In this document: piece by piece, positions 7,909 through 17,423 of the stretch
How the letters are laid out: the number at the start of each line of letters is the position of its first letter
Numbering within the stretch: position 1 is the first letter of the stretch
Assembly: GCA_951812855.1 (NCBI GenBank)
Contig: OX638337.1
Coordinates: 1,500,001-1,532,000 of the forward strand
Source of the DNA: an uncultured Lentisphaeria bacterium
GTDB taxonomy: Bacteria > Verrucomicrobiota > Lentisphaeria > JABSQK01 > JAJFLO01
Length of the DNA: 32,000 nt
Direction of reading: 5' to 3'
Program-made: the position numbers and the translations under genes
Notes under the pieces: model-generated
The model's input: the letters and a program-made list of their open reading frames with translations, nothing else
The model's database searches: none
What the model was told of the DNA's origin: nothing

Positions 7909-8985
7909 ATGTATGAAAATTTTCAAAACCAGGTAATTGAAGCCTGGACAGTTACAATAATTGATGAATATCAAAAGATTAAGGATTCATGTAAATTATT
8001 GGCATCACTAAAACCGCCAAATTTTGCAATCAGTGCTGAATTTACCCGAAAACTCGGGACGTGGGATTATCAGACGCGGACAATTACCCTGGCACAGTAT
8101 TTATTCGTTTCTGGAACCTGGGACGATATAATAAACACTCTCAAACATGAGATGGCTCACCAGATTGTTGATGAGTTATTTAAGACTGTTGATGAGACGC
8201 CGCATGGTGATGCGTTTAAAAAGGCCTGTAAAATATTAAACATTAGTCCTAAAGCGTCAATTAGTTTCAAGCCTGAAACCAGCAGTATTCATCGAAAAAT
8301 TATAAAATTATTTGCGTTGGGCAAATCGCCAAATAAACACGAATCTGAACGTGCATTAAAAAAGGCTCATGAACTCTGTCTAAAGTATAATATTAATTTA
8401 GACTCAAAGACAAAAATGTCTGACTACGGGATTCGATTACTTGGCCCTTTGTTTAAGCGTACGCCATCCTATATTTGGGGTATTACTAAAATTCTGAACG
8501 ACTTTTATTTTGTACAGTATATTCGAAGACCATTCCATAACAATTCATCCAAAACCAGTAAACGCACAACTAAAATTATTGAACTGTATGGTCTGCCGAA
8601 AAACCTGGACATAGCAGAATATGTTTATTATTTCCTACTTCATAACAGTGAAATGGAATGGAAACATTATAAAAGAACGAAAAAATTAACCAATAATAAA
8701 CAAAAAAATTCGTTCATGATCGGGCTCTATAACGGACTGCATAAAAAGCTGACACTGCAAAACGAAAAATTAGCACCGGATCAATCGCTCATTTACCTGG
8801 GCGATTCACAACTGAATGAATTTTATCGTGCCCGAAATCCTTATATTAGACGAAGCTGCAACTATGCAAAATCGTATAAAGATGCCCATTCTGACGGATC
8901 TAAAATCGGTGAAAAAATGGCAATTAAACCGGGAATCAACCCGTCAAAACCACCATTTAAAATTGAGGAACCGCTTTTAAAATAA
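7909..8985 (+). CDS. SprT-like zinc metalloprotease domain protein with a DUF2786-like segment
   Basis: HEMAH (HExxH) sits in an SprT-like context (TITLAQYLF...INTLKHEMAHQIV). It is followed by IIKLFALGKSPNKHESERALKKAHELCLKYNINL, which resembles the DUF2786 consensus. Confidence 0.7.
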   Translation: MYENFQNQVIEAWTVTIIDEYQKIKDSCKLLASLKPPNFAISAEFTRKLGTWDYQTRTITLAQYLFVSGTWDDIINTLKHEMAHQIVDELFKTVDETPHGDAFKKACKILNISPKASISFKPETSSIHRKIIKLFALGKSPNKHESERALKKAHELCLKYNINLDSKTKMSDYGIRLLGPLFKRTPSYIWGITKILNDFYFVQYIRRPFHNNSSKTSKRTTKIIELYGLPKNLDIAEYVYYFLLHNSEMEWKHYKRTKKLTNNKQKNSFMIGLYNGLHKKLTLQNEKLAPDQSLIYLGDSQLNEFYRARNPYIRRSCNYAKSYKDAHSDGSKIGEKMAIKPGINPSKPPFKIEEPLLK

Positions 8986-9040
8986 AGTTCATTTCTAATG
9001 TATTTTCGTATTCGTTAAATTTTACGATTTTTATAATTTG

Positions 9041-9826
9041 TTAATTCGATTCACAATCTGAGATAAAATTTTTAACGACGCGGATAAATTTATCCGGCGT
9101 GTCCCAGGGGACCCGATGCCCTGCTTTATCAATAACACAGTGCGAAACATTCGGACATTGCTGATGCAGCGTGTACCCAATTTTACTATACCTTTGATCA
9201 TATTCACCTGAGAGATACAGAATCCGAGGACTTCCTTCATTCAGCGTGGCTAAATCAGAAGACAAATCAGTTTGTCTCCCTTTTGAAAATACATCAAACA
9301 TCATCGCGATTTTCTCTCGAGAATAGTCTGATTCTTTGCGTTCAAAGGCTGACTTACTCCCTTTAAAAACCTCCTGATTATCCCAGTCTGTTATTAATTT
9401 TCCCCAGGGTTCTGATAAAAATCGTGCACCCCACTCCTTATCCCGGGCCAATTGAACCGCCTGATCACGTCCATTTTTCAATCCCGGGTCAGCACTGACA
9501 ATAATAATTCCTTTAAACAATTGAGGTGAATGAATTGCAGCATGAAAAGCCAGGCGTCCACCAAGAGAATAACCCAACAAATAATCGGATGAACTGGAAG
9601 ACAACATTTTGACATTTTCGCAAAATTGTGATATCCATTTTGAAAAATTATCCTCTATGTGCAGCCAGAGATTTTCTTTTTGAATGGATATGATTAGAGG
9701 CAGATTCCCAGCACTCAATATATTGAATCTACCCTGAAACTGATCCCAGACTTCAGGGTGTTGCAGATTTCCATGAATACACCAGAGTATTATATCTTGA
9801 CATGGACTTGGTTTCATATTCTTCAT
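9041..9826 (-). CDS. menH: Alpha/beta hydrolase, MenH-like (2-succinyl-6-hydroxy-2,4-cyclohexadiene-1-carboxylate synthase)
   Basis: Nucleophile elbow LLGYSLGGRLAFHAA. The DPGLKNGRDQAVQLARDKEWGARFLSEPW..DW block parallels E. coli MenH ([29 protein letters not shown]..DW, recalled). The catalytic His lies in KAGHRVPWD. Confidence 0.7.
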   Translation of the reverse strand: MKNMKPSPCQDIILWCIHGNLQHPEVWDQFQGRFNILSAGNLPLIISIQKENLWLHIEDNFSKWISQFCENVKMLSSSSSDYLLGYSLGGRLAFHAAIHSPQLFKGIIIVSADPGLKNGRDQAVQLARDKEWGARFLSEPWGKLITDWDNQEVFKGSKSAFERKESDYSREKIAMMFDVFSKGRQTDLSSDLATLNEGSPRILYLSGEYDQRYSKIGYTLHQQCPNVSHCVIDKAGHRVPWDTPDKFIRVVKNFISDCESN

Positions 9827-10408
9827 TAAAACAGGTTAAAATTTTTACAGACTGACAGGTAATGTACTCTGAGTATGACATAAGCAAGCTGGTATTCCTG
9901 TCATGAATAAGTTTTTAATCTCTCACGTTTGGAAAAATACAACCGGTGTTTACGCTCATTATTTCAATATCTGAACATTGAGTTAATTCGTTCCTTAAAT
10001 CTAATGGATTACAATAGCGATCGGTTGGATCTGTCGCCATATAATAAAGAGTTGCACCTAATTATATATCTGTGCGAATGCCGACAGATTTGGAGTTTAC
10101 CGTCAATCACTTCATCTGCAGCTTCGCCGGCCGCCGAAAATTGACATAATATTTCTTGAACTCTTTTTCTAAAATTATCCCGCGGGACCGCATGAGAGAG
10201 TCGGTAAAGTCTGTGATTTGGATTCAACATAAACCACTGTAAAGAAATTGTTACTCTTTACCATTCCGGGATTGCCCCTGCATTAGGTTCTCCTTAAATG
10301 AGTTCAACCGGATTGACCGGTTATTACGATGAACAGCTGATTTTTCGGGCATTTCATCAACTGATATATGATACATAACATATTGAATAAAAATATGTTA
10401 AATCGTTT

Positions 10409-10438
10409 TTAAGGATCGACGAATTAGTCGATCCTTAA
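10409..10438 (-). terminator. Perfect 12-bp stem hairpin just downstream of the 10467-11249 gene; possible terminator
   Basis: TTAAGGATCGAC (10409-10420), 6-nt loop, GTCGATCCTTAA (10427-10438). No U-tract follows on the minus strand (T5 lies on the plus-strand 5' side), so it is non-canonical. Confidence 0.3.
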
Positions 10439-10466
10439 TGTAAGCTGTCTTTAGCTCAACTGAATT

Positions 10467-11249
10467 TCAGGAATTTTTTCGAATTTCCTCGTAATACACG
10501 CAAATCTGTTTAGCCCGTCTCTTTTCAATTTTATAACGATTAGCAATCGCAATATAGGTACTCTTCTCATTAACTCTAAGATTATACACTTCATCGCAAA
10601 GCTGGCGGGAATGGTTTTTCAATATTTCTTTAGCGATATCGTCGGCATCAAGTTCTACCTCATTCCCATCTTCATTTTTACGTTTTGTATATTTTCTTTT
10701 AGGCTTTGGGGGAATGTTGGGTTTTGCATTTGTCTTGCGTGGACGACCACGTTTACGTTTTGGTTTTTGTTCTAAATTGATATTCTCATCAGAAAGGTTT
10801 ATTTCCTCAATGCTGGATTTATCAATAACCAAATTTTCTTTATCGACAGACAGTAGATTAAAATCAATCAATGGATGGTAGACTTTGCCAACTTCAACCA
10901 GCTCGACATCAGATGATGAAATAATCTTTGCGACTTTACCAATTATTGCTGTAAATTGTTTATTATCAAGAGTTCGTAATATTCCAAAATTGGTCGTAAA
11001 ACGAAATGATAAATCTTGATCGGCATATAAGAAACTTGCCATGCCATCATGACAATAAATAAATTTCATATCAACTGTTAGATAAACACAGCCATTTTCA
11101 ATTTCAATATTTCTTGGATGAAAAGAACGTTCTTCCAATGGCACGACTCGCAGTGGGAAATTACGTATGATTGGGAACCAGAAATAATATGCACTGTGTT
11201 CTTTTAATTTATTGACTAAATTACTATTTACATATAATAGATTTGCCAT
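10467..11249 (-). CDS. Hypothetical DNA-binding protein: unassigned N-terminal domain, Lys/Arg/Pro-rich linker with an AT-hook, and a C-terminal HTH-like segment
   Basis: 260 aa. The linker is KPKRKRGRPRKTNAKPNIPPKPKRKYTKRK (aa 161-191, nt 10677-10769) and contains the AT-hook core RGRP. The C-terminal STYIAIANRYKIEKRRAKQI looks like a helix-turn-helix. Confidence 0.65.
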   Translation of the reverse strand: MANLLYVNSNLVNKLKEHSAYYFWFPIIRNFPLRVVPLEERSFHPRNIEIENGCVYLTVDMKFIYCHDGMASFLYADQDLSFRFTTNFGILRTLDNKQFTAIIGKVAKIISSSDVELVEVGKVYHPLIDFNLLSVDKENLVIDKSSIEEINLSDENINLEQKPKRKRGRPRKTNAKPNIPPKPKRKYTKRKNEDGNEVELDADDIAKEILKNHSRQLCDEVYNLRVNEKSTYIAIANRYKIEKRRAKQICVYYEEIRKNS

Positions 11250-11429
11250 TGTCTGTCCTATTGTTTGCCGGATTTCATTAGATATGATTGGTTTTTACGG
11301 GAAAAGATTTTTAACCAAAAAAACGACTGTGTAATGTAAAACAGGCTTTGAGAATTTCAACACGGGCCTCAAAAGGTTTCAAGATCACTGATTCTAATTA
11401 CTGGAAAGGCCGTTGTAATTATAATTTGG

Positions 11430-12944
11430 TTAGTCTTCGATAAATTTCAGCCACGATTTTGGAAAATCCTCCCAGGTACTGGCGTTGATCAGGTACTCAC
11501 GAACAATATCACGGATATTTAAATTTGTATCCCGGGTTTTGGCAGAAGGTTGATTGATAATCGTTTTTAACTGATTAAATCGATTTCCTCCACCCGCCAT
11601 TGTATAACTGTTCAGTGCAACCTTTACCCGGACATCTTTTTCCAGGATTTGTGAGAGTCCGAGTTTCATAGACCTTACTTTATTTGTTTTCGCATCTATC
11701 CCGGCAATAAGACCATGAATACCGTTAAATGATCTGTGGTTTTTGTAATTCAATTGTTCTTCAATAATCTGTTTAATTTCATCCGGCGTTAAATGAGCAA
11801 CAACCAGTGAATTCTCATAGGGAATCGTTTTGAATAGATCACCTTCAGTCAGATAGGTATTTTCTTTCCATTCATGATGTGACAGTTTCCCATGAAATAC
11901 AATGGGTACTTTTGTTTTCCATCGTATTGCCCGGCAGATAATATCACTGATATGACAATTCACACCGGGAACACCGGAGCTGGTAATAGCTCTATTAATA
12001 AACTGAATTTTTTGATTTTGTTTTTTTTCAGCTTGCTCAATTAGCTTAGTCAGAGGAACACACCTGGTCTGTTTTTCAAATTGTGTGGATTGAATAAGAG
12101 TTGATTGAATTGATAGAACCTGATGGTTGACCAAATCAATCTGAGCAATGATTTTCCCTATTGTTTTTCCATGATGGCCGGGTTGAACGTACCAGGAATT
12201 TCCAAGTCTTTTTCCAGCAATTTTACGATGTGAATGACCGCCCAAAATTAAATCTATCTGCGGGAATGTATAGGCGAGTTCCTTGATTTCATTGATCTGT
12301 CTTACATCATGTTCAGCGTAGGCTTGATGAAGAACTGCGATAATCATATCGGGTTTAGCTTCCATGATTGCAGGCAATATACGTTCAATTATCGGGATTG
12401 CCGGTGTATTGATGAAACTATTTGATTTGTTACCTCCTAACCAATTTCCAAGTTTTGATGCATTCATGCCGATAACCGCAATCTTTGCATTCGATTTCAT
12501 ATAGAATTTATATGCAGGAAATGCTGGGAATTTACTTAATTTTAAATTCCCGTTTATAACTGGAACAGTGCACATAGACAGTAGAGATTTTAATCTATTC
12601 ACACCAAAATCCAGGTCATGGTTTCCTAATATCCAGGCATCATAGTTCATGCAGTTTAGAAATCGAATACCCGCTTCACCTCTGGTAAAGGCTCCGAGAA
12701 ATTCCCCTTGAAGTGTATCTCCACAATCAATTAGAAGACATTTTTCATTTCCGCCGGCACGGCGGCGTTCATGGTGAATCGTATCCATCAAATTGAAGTG
12801 AGTTGATTTCGTCATTTTTTCATTATTCCGGAAGTATGAATGGATATCGGTGGTCTGCAATATTGTTAACGCAGCAATTTCCGCCTGGCAATATTGATGG
12901 AGACAAAATGTGAAATATAAGAGAAGGAAGAATTTTAAATTCAT
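11430..12944 (-). CDS. Secreted bifunctional metallophosphatase/5'-nucleotidase (UshA/CpdB family)
   Basis: Signal peptide MNLKFFLLLYFTFCLHQYCQA. Calcineurin-like motifs are TDIHS, DCGDTLQG, GNHDLDFG and GGHSH. There is a C-terminal 5'-nucleotidase-like domain. Confidence 0.85.
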   Translation of the reverse strand: MNLKFFLLLYFTFCLHQYCQAEIAALTILQTTDIHSYFRNNEKMTKSTHFNLMDTIHHERRRAGGNEKCLLIDCGDTLQGEFLGAFTRGEAGIRFLNCMNYDAWILGNHDLDFGVNRLKSLLSMCTVPVINGNLKLSKFPAFPAYKFYMKSNAKIAVIGMNASKLGNWLGGNKSNSFINTPAIPIIERILPAIMEAKPDMIIAVLHQAYAEHDVRQINEIKELAYTFPQIDLILGGHSHRKIAGKRLGNSWYVQPGHHGKTIGKIIAQIDLVNHQVLSIQSTLIQSTQFEKQTRCVPLTKLIEQAEKKQNQKIQFINRAITSSGVPGVNCHISDIICRAIRWKTKVPIVFHGKLSHHEWKENTYLTEGDLFKTIPYENSLVVAHLTPDEIKQIIEEQLNYKNHRSFNGIHGLIAGIDAKTNKVRSMKLGLSQILEKDVRVKVALNSYTMAGGGNRFNQLKTIINQPSAKTRDTNLNIRDIVREYLINASTWEDFPKSWLKFIED

Positions 12945-13141
12945 TTAAGAGTTAATACCTTTGTCGACGCGTCATATCCCATCTAGATCGTGGATAGAAA
13001 GAAGTTACATGAATACGAGTTAGATATAAATATTGAAATCAATATAGAAATTCCATAGTCCTGCTTTACTAGTACTTACTATTGTATTTTTTAGATAGAC
13101 TTTATAGTTACATTTTATAATACCAAATGGAAGTTAAGTAA

Positions 13142-14155
13142 ATGATAATCGTGTTTAGACCTCATGCAACGCAGGAGGAAATAGAAAAGATAAGACAAAG
13201 AGTCGTTGATTTCGGCTACGAACCAAAAATAATTCAGGGAGTTGAGCAGACCGTAATTGCTGCGGTAGGCGATGAAACTATGCATAAATCTTTAGAAACG
13301 TTTGAGACATTGCCAATGATCGAAAAAGTAGTGCCTATCCAGAAAAGATACAAAATGGTCAGCCGGGAATTCAGTAATGAACCTTCTGTATTTGACATTG
13401 GCAGTTCCAGAATAGGTTCCGGGAATTTTTTAATGGTTGCAGGACCATGTTCTGTTGAAAGCCGCGAACAAATGAGAACAGCCGCAGGGGATCTGACAGA
13501 TTGTGGTATAAAAGTTATTCGCGGTGGTGCTTATAAACCACGCACCTCACCTTATGATTTTCAGGGGTTGAAGGAGGATGGACTTGCATTACTGGCGGAA
13601 ATTAAAGAAGAATTTGGTGTCGCGATTGCCACCGAAATATTGAGTGTTCCTGACGTTGAAAGAGTCGCTGAAGTTGCTGACATCCTGCAAATCGGTGCTC
13701 GTAACTGCCAAAATTATCATTTGCTTGAGGTCGTTGCCGGAGCAGGTCGCACGGTTTTATTAAAGCGCGGGATGGCCACGATGGTAGAGGAGTGGTTATC
13801 GGCCGCCGAATATTTGATTGTCCATGGATGTCCCCATGTCATTTTATGTGAACGGGGTATCAGGACATTCGAAAATTCTACTCGAAGTACATTAGATTTA
13901 AGTGCGGTTGCCGTAGCCAAAAAACAATCTCATCTGCCTGTTGTTGTGGATCCGAGTCATGCTGCAGGCAGGGCAGATCTTGTTTTACCTTTAGCTAAAG
14001 CTGCTATTGCTGTTGGTGCAGATGGATTGATTGTCGAATCTCATCCAAATCCGCAGGAAGCCTGCAGTGATGCAGTTCAGCAAATTCCGTCTGGGAAATT
14101 TAGCGAATTTTATGATGAGTTAAAACCGTTGATTGAACTGTGTAATAAACCCTGA
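13142..14155 (+). CDS. aroF: 3-deoxy-7-phosphoheptulonate (DAHP) synthase, type I-beta, with an N-terminal ferredoxin-like regulatory domain
   Basis: 337 aa. The N-terminal MIIVFRP....EIEKI...GYEPKIIQG module is followed by a KDO8P/DAHP I-beta core (VAGPCSVES, RGGAYKPRTSPYDFQG, IGARN, VDPSH). Confidence 0.9.
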   Translation: MIIVFRPHATQEEIEKIRQRVVDFGYEPKIIQGVEQTVIAAVGDETMHKSLETFETLPMIEKVVPIQKRYKMVSREFSNEPSVFDIGSSRIGSGNFLMVAGPCSVESREQMRTAAGDLTDCGIKVIRGGAYKPRTSPYDFQGLKEDGLALLAEIKEEFGVAIATEILSVPDVERVAEVADILQIGARNCQNYHLLEVVAGAGRTVLLKRGMATMVEEWLSAAEYLIVHGCPHVILCERGIRTFENSTRSTLDLSAVAVAKKQSHLPVVVDPSHAAGRADLVLPLAKAAIAVGADGLIVESHPNPQEACSDAVQQIPSGKFSEFYDELKPLIELCNKP

Positions 14156-14401
14156 ATGTTTATTGGTGTTTCTGAAAAAATGGTGTGGGGAAGACGTTTC
14201 GGGTATTAGATTGAGTTGAGAATTAATGCAGTATTTATTCGCCGGGTATGTGTTTGTTTTTAGGCTGTTCAAAGTTCTGTAACTCTTTTATTATTTATGG
14301 AATCCGAATAAAAAAACGCATTGTAATTTTTTCCCGTCGTATTGTATTTCCTATACTCACCATAGCATCATCATTGGTGACTGCATTTTACACGAACAAT
14401 T

Positions 14402-14563
14402 ATGGGAATTCTGAAATTCTCACCTTTCTTTGGGATGTGGTCATTCTGGATACTGTTTGTTATCGGGACAGCAATCTGGATATCGATTTATCCTGATTCT
14501 GACGAATATGAAACCTGGCAGGATGTAAGGGATAAAAACCACCTTCCATCTCCTGCTGAGTAA
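14402..14563 (+). CDS. Small single-pass membrane protein (53 aa), hypothetical
   Basis: MGILKFSPFFGMWSFWILFVIGTAIWISIYPDSDEYETWQDVRDKNHLPSPAE has a clean TM helix and an acidic tail. It is too short for the supplied ORF track (all listed ORFs are 60 aa or longer). I prefer it to the overlapping 14248-14496 ORF, whose sequence looks unnatural. Confidence 0.3.
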   Translation: MGILKFSPFFGMWSFWILFVIGTAIWISIYPDSDEYETWQDVRDKNHLPSPAE

Positions 14564-14811
14564 TATACTGAACTTTGCTGTTTCCGGCCGTTGGTAGATT
14601 TATATTTTTGATTTAGATTGAGGGTAAATCTGCGGCAATTGAGTTTCCTGGAATTTTTCGCTATGTCTTAATTATATTTATCGTCTTATGTAAATTTTTC
14701 CCAATTTGATCTTATCAAAATACTGAGATACTGTCGTTGAAAACACCATGCCATGGGAAGGCTGCTTTTATAAAAATTGTGTCGTGATTTATTCAATCCT
14801 TTGAACCCGAT

Positions 14812-17391
14812 ATGGAACAAGAATTTCAAAAAATTGATTCGTATTTTAGCGAGGCCGCTAAGCAATGGCAAACAAACCCGGAATTAGTTGTCAGTCATCG
14901 TTTTTTTGAATTATGGGAAGAGATTCACAGACCCCGTCCATTTCCCGTAACATCTACCTTACTCGCCTTATATGATCAGGAATTTACGCTTGTCGAAGAT
15001 GATAATCTAATTGGTTGCTTTATATGGGATCAGGAGGAAGAATGCTGTACGTTAATGATCGAGGGCGAAAGAACGAATCAAAAAATACGTATCGTTTTTG
15101 ATGACGGTATTCCAAATATATACGATGTCCCGGTTGAATTTATTGATAATATGGAGTTGTCCTTCGGTCTGAAACTCGAAGTTATCTACGATTTAATTGC
15201 TCACCTGAAACGTTCCCGGCGGATACATTTACTCTCATCTCTGACGAAGTCTGTTTATATCGGATTACTCGAAGAAATTGTGGAAAAATATGATAAAAAT
15301 GTATTCAGAGTCATGAAGCATTTGACAATGGATTCTATCAAAAAATTAATCAAAAAAGCGTCTCAGGATATGGCTGTAGATGAATTGAATAATCAACTGG
15401 AATTACCTTTGGACGGAACCTATGCAAGTACCGGGACTATTGAAAAAATTGAATTCAGGAATCAGGAAAATAAGGAAACTGAAAAGACAATTTACTATGC
15501 TCCCAAACGAACCCTGTGGACAATTTATCGTGAGTTGGATTTACTTAAAAAAGTGACCCGTCATTTAGTGGAATTTGAGCATGATTTTGTTATCGAGTTC
15601 AGTAATGATAACGTGCTGCGGATTGATGATATCAAAAAACCATTATTTAGAATCCCTGTATCACGAGACATTTCATTGAAAGAAGGAGATTCATTACCTG
15701 TTTTTAAGACAGGTGAAGAGGATCGTCTTGGATCAATAAAAATCGAATTATATGATAGAGACTATGTCATCGCATCAATGATCTACATTGAGTTTACCGA
15801 ATTAATGAAAGAAACCGGTAAATTTTATGCAGTACCGCGGCGAAGTCCAACAAGATTTCTATATACCTCTATGGAAGTTTTACTGAATAACCTGCTTGCA
15901 AGCAAATCATTTACGTCACCATTATTGAATTATATATTCGGGATTACAAAAATGGGAATAGAAGACTCATTGGATGATTCGCCGCTGCCATTGCTGGAAT
16001 TGGATCAATCTCAGGAACTTGCAAAGATAAAGGCAGCAAATTCAAATAACCATATTGTACTGATACAGGGTCCGCCGGGAACAGGTAAAACCTATGTTCT
16101 GGAAAATGTAATTCGGGATTTATGTGAAAAAGGAAAGCGGATTCTGATGACGGCACCGTCAAATGCCGCTGTTGACAATGTGTGCCGGAAGTTACCGAAA
16201 ATGCCGTTGATCAGACTTGGTAAGTCAAAGGAGAGTATCGCGCTGGACGTAATTGAATCATGTTGGATAGAGAACCGGGAAGTCGTTCGTGAGTTTAAGG
16301 AAAAACGAGAGAGTCTTGGATGTGTCTATTGTGGAACTCATGCAGGCATATTGAGAGATGAACTCGTACATAAAGAATTAGAGTACAACGGATTGTTTGA
16401 TGTGATTATTTTTGATGAAGTTGGTATGACGAATATGGTTGAATTTATTTTATGTGCACAATTAGCAAATCGTGCTGTGTTATTCGGAGATCATCAGCAA
16501 TTACCGCCATTTCCATTGCCGGATGAAATCATGAAGAGAGTTTTTGATGATGGTCCATTATTGCGTCAGGAACATTCATTAATAACTAAAAGTGCACTGG
16601 AATGGCTTATTAATTTTCGTAATTTAACACCTCAGTTATTGCAATCTTCCTATCGTTGTCAGAATCCCCGTTTAATGAGGTTTTCATCGACACTGTTTTA
16701 TAATGCCAGAGTTACCACCAGCCGAAATGCTGAATATTATAAATTGTCACTTTTTGAACGGCAGAAGGTATTTCCGGCAATAAGCCTGAGATTCTATCGT
16801 ACGAGTAATCTTCCGGTTGAAACTCGAAAAGAAAATTTAAAGCTGACAGGGAGTCGTCCGGGACTGGAAAATCGACTCGAGTGTAAGATCGCCATTAATA
16901 TTTTTTATTGTATGTTGAATAAATTTGAATTAAATGAAATTACAATAATTGCTCCATATCGTCGCCAGGTACGTTTAATCCGATCTAAATTATCGTGTCG
17001 AAAAGCGATGAAACAATGTAATCGGGATATATCAATTACGAAGAAAGAGTGGAACCATTTTTTATCAACCAGAATTTCAACAGTCGACAGTTTTCAGGGT
17101 GGAGAAAGTGATGCAGTAATTATTTGTTATGTTCGGAGTAATCAAAATAAAGGAATAGGATTTGTCGATGATCCTAACCGGATTAATGTTGCTCATACAC
17201 GAAGTCGTAAAGAAATGGTTGTTATTGGTGATTTAGATTGCTTGAAAGAACAATCTAAAAACGAAATTTTTGAAAGAATGCAACGGTGCGTCGAACGCGA
17301 TGGCGAAATAATTGATGTTACTCAAGAAATGCTTGATAATAACCAATATCTTAAAATAAATGAACCACAGTCTGAGCTGGTATCGGTTTAA
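14812..17391 (+). CDS. Superfamily-1 helicase of the Upf1/Dna2/NAM7-like (AAA_11/AAA_12) type with an ~400 aa unassigned N-terminal region
   Basis: Motif I is LIQGPPGTGKT (aa 420-427 = nt 16069-16092). The other motifs are TAPSNAAVDN, IIFDEVGM, LFGDHQQLPP, SYRCQNPRLMRF, TVDSFQGGESDAVI and NVAHTRSRKEMVVIGD. Confidence 0.85.
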   Translation: MEQEFQKIDSYFSEAAKQWQTNPELVVSHRFFELWEEIHRPRPFPVTSTLLALYDQEFTLVEDDNLIGCFIWDQEEECCTLMIEGERTNQKIRIVFDDGIPNIYDVPVEFIDNMELSFGLKLEVIYDLIAHLKRSRRIHLLSSLTKSVYIGLLEEIVEKYDKNVFRVMKHLTMDSIKKLIKKASQDMAVDELNNQLELPLDGTYASTGTIEKIEFRNQENKETEKTIYYAPKRTLWTIYRELDLLKKVTRHLVEFEHDFVIEFSNDNVLRIDDIKKPLFRIPVSRDISLKEGDSLPVFKTGEEDRLGSIKIELYDRDYVIASMIYIEFTELMKETGKFYAVPRRSPTRFLYTSMEVLLNNLLASKSFTSPLLNYIFGITKMGIEDSLDDSPLPLLELDQSQELAKIKAANSNNHIVLIQGPPGTGKTYVLENVIRDLCEKGKRILMTAPSNAAVDNVCRKLPKMPLIRLGKSKESIALDVIESCWIENREVVREFKEKRESLGCVYCGTHAGILRDELVHKELEYNGLFDVIIFDEVGMTNMVEFILCAQLANRAVLFGDHQQLPPFPLPDEIMKRVFDDGPLLRQEHSLITKSALEWLINFRNLTPQLLQSSYRCQNPRLMRFSSTLFYNARVTTSRNAEYYKLSLFERQKVFPAISLRFYRTSNLPVETRKENLKLTGSRPGLENRLECKIAINIFYCMLNKFELNEITIIAPYRRQVRLIRSKLSCRKAMKQCNRDISITKKEWNHFLSTRISTVDSFQGGESDAVIICYVRSNQNKGIGFVDDPNRINVAHTRSRKEMVVIGDLDCLKEQSKNEIFERMQRCVERDGEIIDVTQEMLDNNQYLKINEPQSELVSV

Positions 17392-17400
17392 TTTTTGCTG

Positions 17401-17423
17401 AATCCCAACGGGGTTTGGTTTTC
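17401..17423 (+). terminator. Weak terminator-like hairpin 10 nt after the helicase stop
   Basis: AATCCC (17401-17406) pairs with GGGGTT (17410-17415), with one G.U pair and a 3-nt loop, followed by TGGTTTTC. Confidence 0.25.

Noticed and set aside
7736-7936. 66-codon TTG-initiated ORF overlapping the SprT-like gene start
   Set aside because: It was not called as a separate gene because it has a weak start, a 28-nt overlap in another frame and no family match. It is kept only as a possible frameshifted 5' extension (see finding).
9031-9240. 69-codon minus-strand ORF inside menH
   Set aside because: It lies in an alternative frame within the well-supported MenH ORF.
14248-14871. Track ORFs 14248-14496(+) and 14686-14871(-)
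   Set aside because: The translations look unnatural (C/F/I/R-rich). The first is displaced by the more plausible 53-aa TM ORF at 14402-14563, and the second overlaps the helicase start antisense.
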